Part shown: positions 16,494-25,426 of the stretch, piece after piece
How positions within the stretch are numbered: position 1 is the stretch's first letter
Layout: each line of letters opens with the position of its first letter
Assembly: GCA_002392285.1 (NCBI GenBank)
Contig: DGGR01000016.1
Span: 1 to 26,343, forward strand
Reading direction: 5' to 3'
Source: Verrucomicrobia bacterium UBA3869
Lineage (GTDB): Bacteria; Verrucomicrobiota; Verrucomicrobiia; Opitutales; UBA9783
DNA length: 26,343 nucleotides
The notes under the pieces: generated by a model
What the model was told of the DNA's origin: nothing
Seen by the model: only the letters and a program-made list of their open reading frames with translations
The model's database searches: none
Program-made: the position numbers and the translations under genes

Positions 16494-17936
16494 ATGCGTT
16501 ACCCGCTGGGCTATTTTGGCTTCCTATGCATCTTAACCTTAATAGGTGCCTGCGGGTGGTTAATGGCTATGCCTTTGAGTCATTGGCTCGTGTATGGGGT
16601 GGCCTGTACCTTTTTTATTCTTTATACGCACGTCCGGATTTGTTCTTGGCGCTTTGTTATTAGTTTAGCCTTAAGCTTGATGGCGGCGTGTTCCATGATT
16701 TATGAATGCCGTCATCCGCAGGGGAAAGCCCGCCATGTACAGGGAGTATTTCGATTCGAAAAGCAATTTCGTACGCGGGATACCCGCATCGGAGGATTTG
16801 GGCAATTAACGCTAGAGGATGGACAGAAACTGCGGCTCTATGTCCATACTTCTAATCGCCGTAAAACTGTTATTAACGATGTCGATTATTATCGTTTTTC
16901 AGGCTATATAAAACCCTTGCTCAATCCCTTCAAAAGTTCGCAAAATTTTTCGTTTTATCTTTGGTCTCGTTTTATCCGTTGGCATACTTCTAAGGCACAG
17001 TTTTACCCCCTGGAGGTTCAACCCCCGATGTCGTGGATCAATCGATGCCGCCAAACGTTCTTTAACGCTCTTACTACGCGTGATGCTACTTTATCGCATA
17101 TCTACCGCGCGATTTTAATGGGAAAGAAAGAGGGTGTTTCTAAAGAGCAATTAAACCACTTTTTCTATACAGGAACGATGCATTTATTTGCCGTAAGCGG
17201 TTTGCATGTAGGGGTGGTGAGCGCATTTTTGTTTTTCGTGGGTCGCTTGTTCTTCTTCCCCTTCTGTATCCGTTGGTTGCTAACAAGCGGCGGGGTGTTG
17301 TTATATGGGTCTATTGTGGGATGGAGCCCATCTACGCTGCGTGCTACCTTGATGGTTGGCTTTGTCTTATTAGCTCAGTTGGTTGCACGACCCGTTAAAG
17401 GCGTTAATACCTTCTTTAACACAATGGGATTAACGTTGCTGCTGAATCCATTTGAACTATGGGATGTGGGGTTCCAACTCTCCTATGGGACGGTAGCGAG
17501 TATCTTATGCATTGGGGTTCCGTTATCCAATTGGTATGCGCGAAAGCGTCATCATGCCTCCAATTGGCAACTGTCATGCATCGTTTCTTTTTGCGCGAGT
17601 GCGATGAGCAGCTTATTTTCGATTTACTATTGGAATCTGTTCAGCCCCTGGGCGTTTGTTGCTAATTTGTTTTTGATTCCCTTGGCCAGCGTTATTGTTG
17701 TTATGGGAATGGTATCATGGGGATTGTATTGCATCCTGCCGATCAGTGTAACAGCGGTTGAGTGGATAGCCTATGGATGCTTATGGGTTTTGCTGAAAAG
17801 CGTAGATTTTTTGGAACATTTGCCTTTTGCAATTTGTAAAATTTCTATGACGCAGACTCTGTTTTGGACTGCTTTATTTTTATTTATGTGCGTTACAGCA
17901 AAACCATTAAAGGGAGGCCCGTTAAATCGTAAATAA
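16494..17936 (+). CDS. comEC: ComEC/Rec2-family DNA internalisation channel protein (OB-fold plus competence domain; no metallo-beta-lactamase domain)
   Basis: Polytopic membrane protein with the competence-domain motif FYTGTMHLFAVSGLHVG and later TM bundles. At 480 aa it ends before any HxHxDH domain. Confidence 0.85.
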   Translation: MRYPLGYFGFLCILTLIGACGWLMAMPLSHWLVYGVACTFFILYTHVRICSWRFVISLALSLMAACSMIYECRHPQGKARHVQGVFRFEKQFRTRDTRIGGFGQLTLEDGQKLRLYVHTSNRRKTVINDVDYYRFSGYIKPLLNPFKSSQNFSFYLWSRFIRWHTSKAQFYPLEVQPPMSWINRCRQTFFNALTTRDATLSHIYRAILMGKKEGVSKEQLNHFFYTGTMHLFAVSGLHVGVVSAFLFFVGRLFFFPFCIRWLLTSGGVLLYGSIVGWSPSTLRATLMVGFVLLAQLVARPVKGVNTFFNTMGLTLLLNPFELWDVGFQLSYGTVASILCIGVPLSNWYARKRHHASNWQLSCIVSFCASAMSSLFSIYYWNLFSPWAFVANLFLIPLASVIVVMGMVSWGLYCILPISVTAVEWIAYGCLWVLLKSVDFLEHLPFAICKISMTQTLFWTALFLFMCVTAKPLKGGPLNRK

Positions 17937-17993
17937 TCTTAAAAATTTTTTGCTTTTTTGAAGTAAAAACTCATAGTATGGTGATATAAATCA

Positions 17994-19160
17994 ATGTTTG
18001 ATATTCGTATTGATAAAGTAACCCAACGTTTTGGAGATAGTGTTGCGTTGGATCAAGTATCGTTAGAGATTCATTCTGGGGAGTTGTTTTTTTTGCTAGG
18101 AACCAGCGGTTGTGGGAAAACTACTTTACTGCGTTTATTAGCAGGATTTTTGGCCCCGCAATCGGGGCATGTTTATTTCAATAACCGAGATGTATCGAAA
18201 ATGCCTCCGTACAAGCGTAAAATCGCCATGGTGTTTCAGAACTATGCACTGTGGCCTCATATGACGGTTTTTCAAAACATCGCCTTTGGGCTGCAACAAA
18301 AGAAGCTACCGAAAACCGAAATTAATGCGCGGGTATATGAAATGTTGGCGATGGTTCACATGGAAGGATGTGCGTTGCGCAAACCCAATGAACTTTCTGG
18401 GGGACAACAGCAGCGAGTAGCTTTAGCAAGAGCCTTAGCTACGCGTCCTCAATGCCTTTTATTGGATGAACCGTTATCTAATTTGGATGCAAAGTTGCGG
18501 ATTGAGATGCGTTCGGAAATCCGTCGCATTTGTAAGGAATCGCAAGTAACGGCGGTTTATGTAACGCATGACCAAGCGGAAGCCTTATCGATAGCTGATC
18601 GTATTGCGGTTTTATCAAAAGGCAAGGTGGAGCAAGTTGGGGTGCCGATTGATATCTATAAGCATCCACGGAACCGATTCGTGGCGCACTTTTTGGGTGA
18701 AACCAACTTTGTTTCTGGAACAGTATTGAAAAACAAGCCAGGAGCACCTCTTGTTGATCTTAATCCTTCTGCTGAAGTTGTAGGGGCAAGTGATGAGGTG
18801 TCGGTTTTATCGGATGATCGACTGATAACGTCGCAGCATAAAGTGTTGGTTCAAACCGCTATCGGAGTTTTTCGTGGCTTGTGGTATTTGGATCAGCCGG
18901 TTCCCCAAGAGGGGGATCGGGTGTTGTTATCGCTCCGCCCAGAAGCGTTTAAATTAAAGACCTACCAATTGCCTGAAAATTCAATCGATGGGGTTATCGG
19001 CGAAACGATCTATTATGGGGAGGTTGCCCATTATAATTTTGTTAAAAACGGAGTTACGTTGCGTATTTCTGAATTGAATCCAAAACATCTACAGCATCAA
19101 CATCAAATGGGATTGTGTGCTAACATAAAAATGGATGATGTGGTTGTTTTGCCCTTTTGA
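17994..19160 (+). CDS. ABC transporter ATP-binding protein (PotA/FbpC/CysA-like importer ATPase with a C-terminal TOBE-like regulatory domain)
   Basis: Walker A GTSGCGKTT. Q-loop VFQNYALWPHMTV. Signature LSGGQQQRVALARAL. Walker B LLLDEPLSNLD. H-loop VTHDQ. The C-terminal domain carries an insertion. Confidence 0.9.
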   Translation: MFDIRIDKVTQRFGDSVALDQVSLEIHSGELFFLLGTSGCGKTTLLRLLAGFLAPQSGHVYFNNRDVSKMPPYKRKIAMVFQNYALWPHMTVFQNIAFGLQQKKLPKTEINARVYEMLAMVHMEGCALRKPNELSGGQQQRVALARALATRPQCLLLDEPLSNLDAKLRIEMRSEIRRICKESQVTAVYVTHDQAEALSIADRIAVLSKGKVEQVGVPIDIYKHPRNRFVAHFLGETNFVSGTVLKNKPGAPLVDLNPSAEVVGASDEVSVLSDDRLITSQHKVLVQTAIGVFRGLWYLDQPVPQEGDRVLLSLRPEAFKLKTYQLPENSIDGVIGETIYYGEVAHYNFVKNGVTLRISELNPKHLQHQHQMGLCANIKMDDVVVLPF

Positions 19161-19163
19161 TTA

Positions 19164-20783
19164 ATGAAAAAAGTTAGTATTTTTTTAATCGCGATTGTTA
19201 CGGTTGTTCTGCTGCCGTTCGTGTTTAAGCGCACCACGGTTGTATTAAGTGCTCAAACGGATGATGTAGTGGTGGTGATTACCCCGCACAATGAGGCCGT
19301 TCGCTTGGAAATGGAATTGGGGTTTCGAGAATGGTATTTAGAAAAAACAGGGCGTACGGTTAGTGTTGATTGGCGGGTCCCCGGCAGCTCTGGATTAATT
19401 ATCCGTTATCTCCATTCAACCTTTGAAAGTGCATTCCAGATGTATTGGGAAAACACGCTACATCGTAAGTGGAATGGGATCGTACGTAGCGCTTTGGGTG
19501 ATGCGAACCCAACTAATGAATTAGCTAAAGAAGCGCGAGACATCTACCTTAAATCAAATGTGAGTTGCGGGGTAGATGTGATGTATGGGGGAGGTGTAGT
19601 AGAATATAAAAAAGAAGCAGAATTAGGGAATGCTGTACCGTGTGATTTGCTGACCCGGCATCCTGAATGGTTTTCTGAGGATTGCATCCCGGATACTGTT
19701 GATGGAGATCGGATGTATGATGAACATGGGGCTTGGTTTGCAGCGGGATTATCGTCATTCGGTATTATGTATAATACTGATCGGATTCATGATTTGAACC
19801 TTTCGGACCCTATCCATTGGAGCGACTTAGCAGAACCGGGGTTTTATCGTCAAATAGCCATGGTTGACCCCGTACAAAGCGGGATTGTCATTAAATGTTT
19901 GGAAATGGTTATTCAGCAGAAGATGCGAGAGGCTTGTAGGGACCTACAGAGCAAACAATCGAGTGAGTTAACCAAGGAGCAAATGCAAGAGACGCTTAAT
20001 CGAGGTTGGAGGGAAGGAATGCAATTAATTCAACGGATAATGGCTAATTCGCGTTATTTTACTGGAAATTCAGTAACCACCATTTGGGATGTAAGCCAAG
20101 GGAATTGTGCCGTTGGAGTGGTTGTGGACTTTTATGGACGTCATCAACGAGCAGCGACAGCCGATCGCGGCGGTAAAGATCGTATCCGCTTTGTGATGCC
20201 TAAAAAGGGAAGTTGCCTATCGCCGCAGCCCATTTGCTTGTTAAGGGGGGCTAAGAACCGGAACGTAGCTCAGGCGTTCATTGAGTATGTTATGTCAAAA
20301 GAAGGGCAGGCGAGGTTAATCCGAAAAGTGGGGGTTAAAGGGGGTCCGAGGTATTATGCCCTCCATGGAGTTTCGGTTCGTAAAGATAGTTATACGCCGG
20401 AAACCATGGAATTGTTAACTGCTCCTGAATCGAACCCCTTTGCAGAAGCTAATGACTTTGTCTATAAGGCTCAATGGACAGCGCCCGCATTTGGAGCTAT
20501 TCGTGAGTTAGTTAAGGTGTTGTTTATGCATTGCTATGACGACCTGTCTAAAGCTTGGGAAGCTATTTGTAAGGCTGAACAAGAGGGGTTGCATGAGCAG
20601 GCTCAACAGGCGTTAGCGGTTATGAGTGATATGCATGGTATGACCTATGATTGGGTGTTCAGCACGCTAAGACCTTTGTTGGCGACCAAGGATTCCTTAA
20701 GGTTGATGCGAATGGAAACTGCCTTAACCCGTCGGTTTTGCGACCAATATCAACAGGCGTATTGGATTGCGTCTCAGCGTTAA
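19164..20783 (+). CDS. Extracytoplasmic solute-binding protein (family-1 / Fe(3+)-polyamine-like SBP), membrane-anchored and unusually long at 539 aa
   Basis: N-terminal TM or signal anchor. The block VVVITPHNE....E..F..W and later W.......GVVVDFYG....... are typical of PF13343/PF13416-type SBPs, from recollection. There are extra helical insertions and a C-terminal extension. Confidence 0.7.
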   Translation: MKKVSIFLIAIVTVVLLPFVFKRTTVVLSAQTDDVVVVITPHNEAVRLEMELGFREWYLEKTGRTVSVDWRVPGSSGLIIRYLHSTFESAFQMYWENTLHRKWNGIVRSALGDANPTNELAKEARDIYLKSNVSCGVDVMYGGGVVEYKKEAELGNAVPCDLLTRHPEWFSEDCIPDTVDGDRMYDEHGAWFAAGLSSFGIMYNTDRIHDLNLSDPIHWSDLAEPGFYRQIAMVDPVQSGIVIKCLEMVIQQKMREACRDLQSKQSSELTKEQMQETLNRGWREGMQLIQRIMANSRYFTGNSVTTIWDVSQGNCAVGVVVDFYGRHQRAATADRGGKDRIRFVMPKKGSCLSPQPICLLRGAKNRNVAQAFIEYVMSKEGQARLIRKVGVKGGPRYYALHGVSVRKDSYTPETMELLTAPESNPFAEANDFVYKAQWTAPAFGAIRELVKVLFMHCYDDLSKAWEAICKAEQEGLHEQAQQALAVMSDMHGMTYDWVFSTLRPLLATKDSLRLMRMETALTRRFCDQYQQAYWIASQR

Positions 20784-20867
20784 AACGAAGCAGGATGAGG
20801 GTCAATCGTTGGTGTGGTTTGGAATCCGGAAATCAATTGTTGGAATCCGTTTAGTCAGGAATTGCTT

Positions 20868-21353
20868 ATGTTGCAGGTTATAAAGCAGTTAACGATGGAG
20901 CAATTGGCCGATGAGCGTCAAAAGTTGCGCCAGGCTCATAAAACCTTAGTGGTAACCAATGGCTGTTTTGATTTGTTGCATGCGGGTCATGTGTACTCCT
21001 TAGAGCTTGCAGCACAACAAGGCGATGTGTTGTGGGTTGGTATTAACTCTGATAAGAGTGTACAAGCCCTCAAGGGGACCAAGCGCCCTATTTATCCCCA
21101 AGCGCAGCGTTTGTATTTAGTAGGGGCGTTGCAATGCGTTCAGGGGGTGTTTTTATTTGAAGGGTCGACCTGTACCTCTGAACTTCAATTGATTCAGCCG
21201 GATGTTTATGTAAAAAGCGGGGGATATACCCTAGAAACACTCAACCCAGATGAACGGCGGGTATTGGAAGCAGCGCATACGCGCATTGTATTTTTACCTC
21301 CCTTGCCCGGTTTGAGCACGACTCATACGATTCAGGCAATCCGAGAGGAGTGA
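20868..21353 (+). CDS. Cytidylyltransferase-fold nucleotidyltransferase, HldC/RfaE-domain-II-like (D-glycero-beta-D-manno-heptose-1-phosphate adenylyltransferase-like)
   Basis: The sequence LVVTNGCFDLLHAGHV..L..AA..GD.LWVGINSD.SV..LKG..RPI......R...... ...KSGGY... ....STT..I matches the RfaE-II pattern. ATG at 20868 has AGGAA 7 nt upstream. The GTG at 20814 was rejected. Confidence 0.75.
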   Translation: MLQVIKQLTMEQLADERQKLRQAHKTLVVTNGCFDLLHAGHVYSLELAAQQGDVLWVGINSDKSVQALKGTKRPIYPQAQRLYLVGALQCVQGVFLFEGSTCTSELQLIQPDVYVKSGGYTLETLNPDERRVLEAAHTRIVFLPPLPGLSTTHTIQAIREE

Positions 21354-21372
21354 TCCAACAGAGGGCAAGTTT

Positions 21373-22542
21373 TTAAGCTTTAGGATTTGAATTCTTTAGC
21401 TCAGCATCGAGCGCCATTGCTTCTGTCGAAGTTAACAGAAGGGATTCGAGCCAATCCACAAGGGTTTGAACGGAGTGGCTGGATAGGAGTTGTTTTAGGG
21501 CATCAGCGCCTTCTAAAAAGCTTGTGCGGCTTTGCTCAGTTTGGGACAAAAACGATTCCATTTGATGAGCCACTGTAAGCGCTTGATTGGGAGTGTCTTG
21601 CAAAACTTCCGGATAGAGCGGCTTATGGAGGAGAATATTTGCCATGGATAAATAGCGTACCTTAGCGAGGCGTTTCCCGATAAAAAAGGTAATGGGATTG
21701 GCTCGGTAGGTAATTACTCCTGGAATGCCGGCTAAGGCTACTTGTAAGGATGCCGTTCCCGAGGACATAATCGCGCTGCAAACACCGGTGTTGAATGTTG
21801 CTAAGGGGCATAGGTCGATTCCAGTCAGTTCTTGAACGCTCAAATATCGTTGAATCGCTTGATTGGGATAAGGAATAATGGCGTGCAGTTGTGGATAGTG
21901 CTTCCTTAATTCATGAACAGCCGCTTTCAGAATAGGGGTTATCTGCTTAACGGCCCCCAAACGGCTCCCAGGAAGTAGCAACAGAGGACCGTTTGGGTCG
22001 TATCTGAAGGGATTGGGTTGGTTCAACAGCGGATGTCCGACAAAACGTACGTCAAGCGAGGTGTCTGCAAAACACGTTGGCTCAAAGGGGAAAATGGTTC
22101 CTAAGTGATTGAAATAGCGTTCAATTTTAAAGCGCCGACGGGTGTTCCAGGCCCAAATTTGAGGAGAAATATAGCCAAAAATGCGAGTGGTTCCACCGTG
22201 CGGGTAGGTTAACTTTTCCTGGCAAAGGCGCTTGGCTAATTTTAGATTAAAGCCTGGAAAATCGACCAAACAAATGATTTTCGGTTGATAAGCCCGTACC
22301 CATTCGACCGTCCAATGCAAGAGGCGCATAAAGGATGGATAGCGGCGAATAACCTCGATTAATCCGACTGCAGACCAATGGGTTAAGTCAAACAATAGAT
22401 GGGCGCCTGCTTGGCGTAACGCGGGACCTCCAATCGCGCAAATGGATAACTGAGGATGGCGCTTTTTGAGCGCTTGAACCCACGAGGCGGCATGGTTATC
22501 GCCCGAATGTTCTCCTGCAACGATGAGTAGATCGACTCCCAT
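21373..22542 (-). CDS. lpxB: Lipid-A-disaccharide synthase
   Basis: N-terminal motif LLIVAGE.SGD.HAA. The GT-B fold pattern includes YISPQIWAW, LLLPGSR..... and SGTA.L. Length is 389 aa. Confidence 0.9.
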   Translation of the reverse strand: MGVDLLIVAGEHSGDNHAASWVQALKKRHPQLSICAIGGPALRQAGAHLLFDLTHWSAVGLIEVIRRYPSFMRLLHWTVEWVRAYQPKIICLVDFPGFNLKLAKRLCQEKLTYPHGGTTRIFGYISPQIWAWNTRRRFKIERYFNHLGTIFPFEPTCFADTSLDVRFVGHPLLNQPNPFRYDPNGPLLLLPGSRLGAVKQITPILKAAVHELRKHYPQLHAIIPYPNQAIQRYLSVQELTGIDLCPLATFNTGVCSAIMSSGTASLQVALAGIPGVITYRANPITFFIGKRLAKVRYLSMANILLHKPLYPEVLQDTPNQALTVAHQMESFLSQTEQSRTSFLEGADALKQLLSSHSVQTLVDWLESLLLTSTEAMALDAELKNSNPKA

Positions 22543-22546
22543 GGCA

Positions 22547-23479
22547 TTACGCCCTTAGAGCGTTGTTGTGAATTTGATGCGTAATGCTTAACGCAACCTC
22601 CAATGCCGAACGTGCTAAATACCCATCCACTTCCGGCTGATGCGCTTTTAGAATGCAATCGATGAACGAATTTAATTCAACCCGCAGGGGTTCCGCCTTA
22701 TGAAATGGAATTTCTTCGTTTAAAATTTGGCCATCTTCCTTCCACATACGATGCCCGCGCTGTTCCATAAAATCTATCGATAGATAGCCTTCGGGTTGAA
22801 AAATGCGAATGGTACGTTCTTTCTTGGCGCTCACTCGAGACGTATTGAAATTAGCGATGCATTCATTTTCAAAGCGAATGCGGGCGTTAGCGATATCTTC
22901 TACATTTTTCGACATTACATTAACCCCAATGGCCTCAATCGATTGAATGGGTGACTTTACCAGCTGGAGGACAATGCCTAGGTCGTGAATCATTAGATCC
23001 AAGGTTACGCCTACATCCGTATTGCGGTTGGGGAAGGGTGCTAGGCGGTCAGCAACAATGTACTTCGGTTTTTGAATATGAGTGGCTAGAAAACGGTAAA
23101 CAGGATTGTAATGCTCGACATGCCCTACCTGCAAATAGCATTGGTGTTTTTGAGCGGCTTGAATCATTTGTTCAGCTTCGTTAAGGTTTGTGCACAGTGG
23201 TTTTTCGACCAACAAATGGCAGCCGTGTTCCAACAGAGGAATAGCAACGGATGCGTGCGTAGAAGTTGGAGTGACCACGCTGAGGGCATCGCATTGTTGA
23301 GCTAAGGCTTCTGCCGTTGGAAATACCGAACAATGATAGCGGTTGGCAATTTCTTCAGCGCGTTCAGGGTTGCTGTCGACAACGCCTACTAGCTGTACCG
23401 TTTCCATTTCGGAATAAATGCGAGCATGATGAGCTCCTAAATAGCCTACGCCTATGACGCCACAGTTAATTTTTTTCAT
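22547..23479 (-). CDS. Gfo/Idh/MocA-family NAD(P)-dependent oxidoreductase (GnnA-like by position)
   Basis: Rossmann N-terminus [19 protein letters not shown] and the EKP motif (LLVEKPL). The stop lies 4 nt before the lpxB start. The start overlaps the lolD 3' end. Confidence 0.85.
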   Translation of the reverse strand: MKKINCGVIGVGYLGAHHARIYSEMETVQLVGVVDSNPERAEEIANRYHCSVFPTAEALAQQCDALSVVTPTSTHASVAIPLLEHGCHLLVEKPLCTNLNEAEQMIQAAQKHQCYLQVGHVEHYNPVYRFLATHIQKPKYIVADRLAPFPNRNTDVGVTLDLMIHDLGIVLQLVKSPIQSIEAIGVNVMSKNVEDIANARIRFENECIANFNTSRVSAKKERTIRIFQPEGYLSIDFMEQRGHRMWKEDGQILNEEIPFHKAEPLRVELNSFIDCILKAHQPEVDGYLARSALEVALSITHQIHNNALRA

Positions 23480-24128
23480 ACAAGTGCCCATCTTTTAATT
23501 CAAATTGTCGGTTGGTTTGTTGTGCAAAGGTAGCATTATGAGTTACTAAGATTAAACCGGTTTGCACCGTAGCGCAAATCTGTAAAAGTAACGCCATTAC
23601 CTGAGCGCCGGTAGCTTCGTCTAAACTGCCTGTGGGTTCGTCTGCCAACAACAGTTTGGGTTGCGTAATAAGTGCGCGAGCAATGGCAACCCGTTGCTGT
23701 TCCCCTCCGGACAAACGGCTAGGGGTGCCATTAAGGAGCGGTTTCAGCCCAAGGGTGCTGAAAAGCGTTTCGGTATAGGATGGATCAGGGCTAGCGGCGC
23801 TTGGATTTAAACGCGTGGCCATGAAGATGTTTTCAGCTACCGTTAATTCTTGAATGAGGTGATAATGCTGAAACACATAGCTAATGCCGGGAGTATAACG
23901 ATAGCGCCCTGCCACGATGCGTTGTCCGTTGAATTCAATAGTACCGCTTTGGACGGGCTCCAGCCCACCCAATGCAAACAATAGGGTTGATTTCCCGGAT
24001 CCCGATTGGCCACAAATAGCAATACTTTCGTGAGCTGCTAACGAAAAACTCACTCCTTGCCACAGCATAGCGGGAGGCGTAAAGCTTTTCGATAGTTGAT
24101 TTACCTGAAGGATGGGTTGAGCGACCAT
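23466..24128 (-). CDS. lolD: Lipoprotein-releasing system ATP-binding protein LolD (MacB/LolD-type ABC ATPase)
   Basis: Walker [11 protein letters not shown]. Signature [15 protein letters not shown]. Walker [13 protein letters not shown]. It is directly downstream of the FtsX/MacB-type permease. Confidence 0.85.
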   Translation of the reverse strand: MVAQPILQVNQLSKSFTPPAMLWQGVSFSLAAHESIAICGQSGSGKSTLLFALGGLEPVQSGTIEFNGQRIVAGRYRYTPGISYVFQHYHLIQELTVAENIFMATRLNPSAASPDPSYTETLFSTLGLKPLLNGTPSRLSGGEQQRVAIARALITQPKLLLADEPTGSLDEATGAQVMALLLQICATVQTGLILVTHNATFAQQTNRQFELKDGHLYEKN

Positions 24129-24131
24129 AGA

Positions 24132-25364
24132 TTATTCTCCACGTAGATGCTGCATGATGGGCAAGCGTTTTAGATGGATGACAGGGAAGAGGCTCGCTCC
24201 AAAGGTTACCAGGATGGCAAAAAAGGTGATAGCTGCAAAATCCTGTAGGGAATAGGCAACCGGCAGGGTTTCGACCGAATAAAAATCCCATAAGGCATTT
24301 TCAGGCAAAAACCATCCGGTTAGTAAGTGTACAATGGTGTTACGGTAGGACAGAACACCATAAGCACATAGAAATCCCAAAACTGTTCCTAAGGCGCCCA
24401 ACAGCATACTTTGAACGCTAAATATGAGAGCAATATCCCATTGGGTAGCCCCTAGGGTTTGTAGCAGAGCAATTTCCCGTTGTTTGCGGATAACGGTGGT
24501 CATAAGTCCGCTGCTCATCGAAAACGCTGCTACCATAACGACGAACAGGAGAACAAAAAAGCACATCGCTTTTTCCATTCGCAAAATATACAGAAAATCT
24601 TTATTGAGCGTATGCCAGGTATAGGCGGTTAACGATGGTGGCAGAATGGCATTAAGGGCAGTACAGGCTTCTTGGATATGCTTGCGGTCTACTTCAACAC
24701 TGTATCCATGGACTTGATTCCCTAATCCATACAGTTCTTGAAGTAAGGGCAAGGGGAGCAACAGCGTATCCCGATCGATATCAGCCCAACCGGTTTTGAA
24801 AATACCCACAATAGGGACTTCTTGGGGCAAAATTAATTCTTCCTGCTTGATTGCTTCGAGAGACATTGGGGAATAGAGATCTACGGTATCGCCAATGTGA
24901 AAATCGAATTCTTTCGCTAAAGCAGCGCTAACAAAGGCTCCTTTAGATAGATCCGCCAAATTGCCTTGTTCTACAAATTGCTGGAGCGGTAATACTTGCT
25001 GAACGCTGTGCGGATCAAAACCAATGCATTTTGGAAAAGCAACGCGATTAAAATGCTGCAAGAGGGTTATGCCTTGAGCAAAGGGGGTTACGGCTTTGAC
25101 ATAGGCTGCCTTTTTAAGACTTTTCTTAAAGCTATCGGAGTCGGGCATCAAAGCGGGCGATAGGATTTTGATAGGGCCGTTGATTTGAATAAGTTTTTGG
25201 GCGATATTCTCATCGAACCCATTCATGATGCTGAGCACGACCGTTAAGAGGGTTACACCCGCCAAAATACCGGCTGTGGATATCCAGGTAAAAAAGGTAC
25301 CAAAGCGTTTTTGGGGAAACAGGTAACGAAATGCCAGGTATAAAATCCAAGTCCGTTTTTTCAT
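24132..25364 (-). CDS. lolC: Lipoprotein-releasing system permease LolC/LolE family (single copy here)
   Basis: N-terminus ...A.RYL...K........S..GI..GV..L..V.SVMNGF, a MacB-like periplasmic domain, and a C-terminal FtsX domain with ...I.LL..LGA. Confidence 0.85.
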   Translation of the reverse strand: MKKRTWILYLAFRYLFPQKRFGTFFTWISTAGILAGVTLLTVVLSIMNGFDENIAQKLIQINGPIKILSPALMPDSDSFKKSLKKAAYVKAVTPFAQGITLLQHFNRVAFPKCIGFDPHSVQQVLPLQQFVEQGNLADLSKGAFVSAALAKEFDFHIGDTVDLYSPMSLEAIKQEELILPQEVPIVGIFKTGWADIDRDTLLLPLPLLQELYGLGNQVHGYSVEVDRKHIQEACTALNAILPPSLTAYTWHTLNKDFLYILRMEKAMCFFVLLFVVMVAAFSMSSGLMTTVIRKQREIALLQTLGATQWDIALIFSVQSMLLGALGTVLGFLCAYGVLSYRNTIVHLLTGWFLPENALWDFYSVETLPVAYSLQDFAAITFFAILVTFGASLFPVIHLKRLPIMQHLRGE

Positions 25365-25426
25365 CGCTATCCTTTTAAGCTTGGCACTAATCCACTGCCC
25401 TTTTTAAAAGGTTGGGAACGTCCTTA

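Noticed and set aside
20814-20867. A GTG-initiated N-terminal extension (MVWNPEINCWNPFSQELL) of the HldC-like gene.
   Set aside because: There is no RBS, the extension is Trp/Asn-rich and atypical, and the downstream ATG 20868 has AGGAA at ideal spacing. The family N-terminus fits the shorter form.
25365-25426. A possible terminator (CCTTT-tta-AAAGG) lies between dnaN and lolC/E.
   Set aside because: It has only a 5-bp AT-rich stem with a 3-nt loop, which is not a credible intrinsic terminator.
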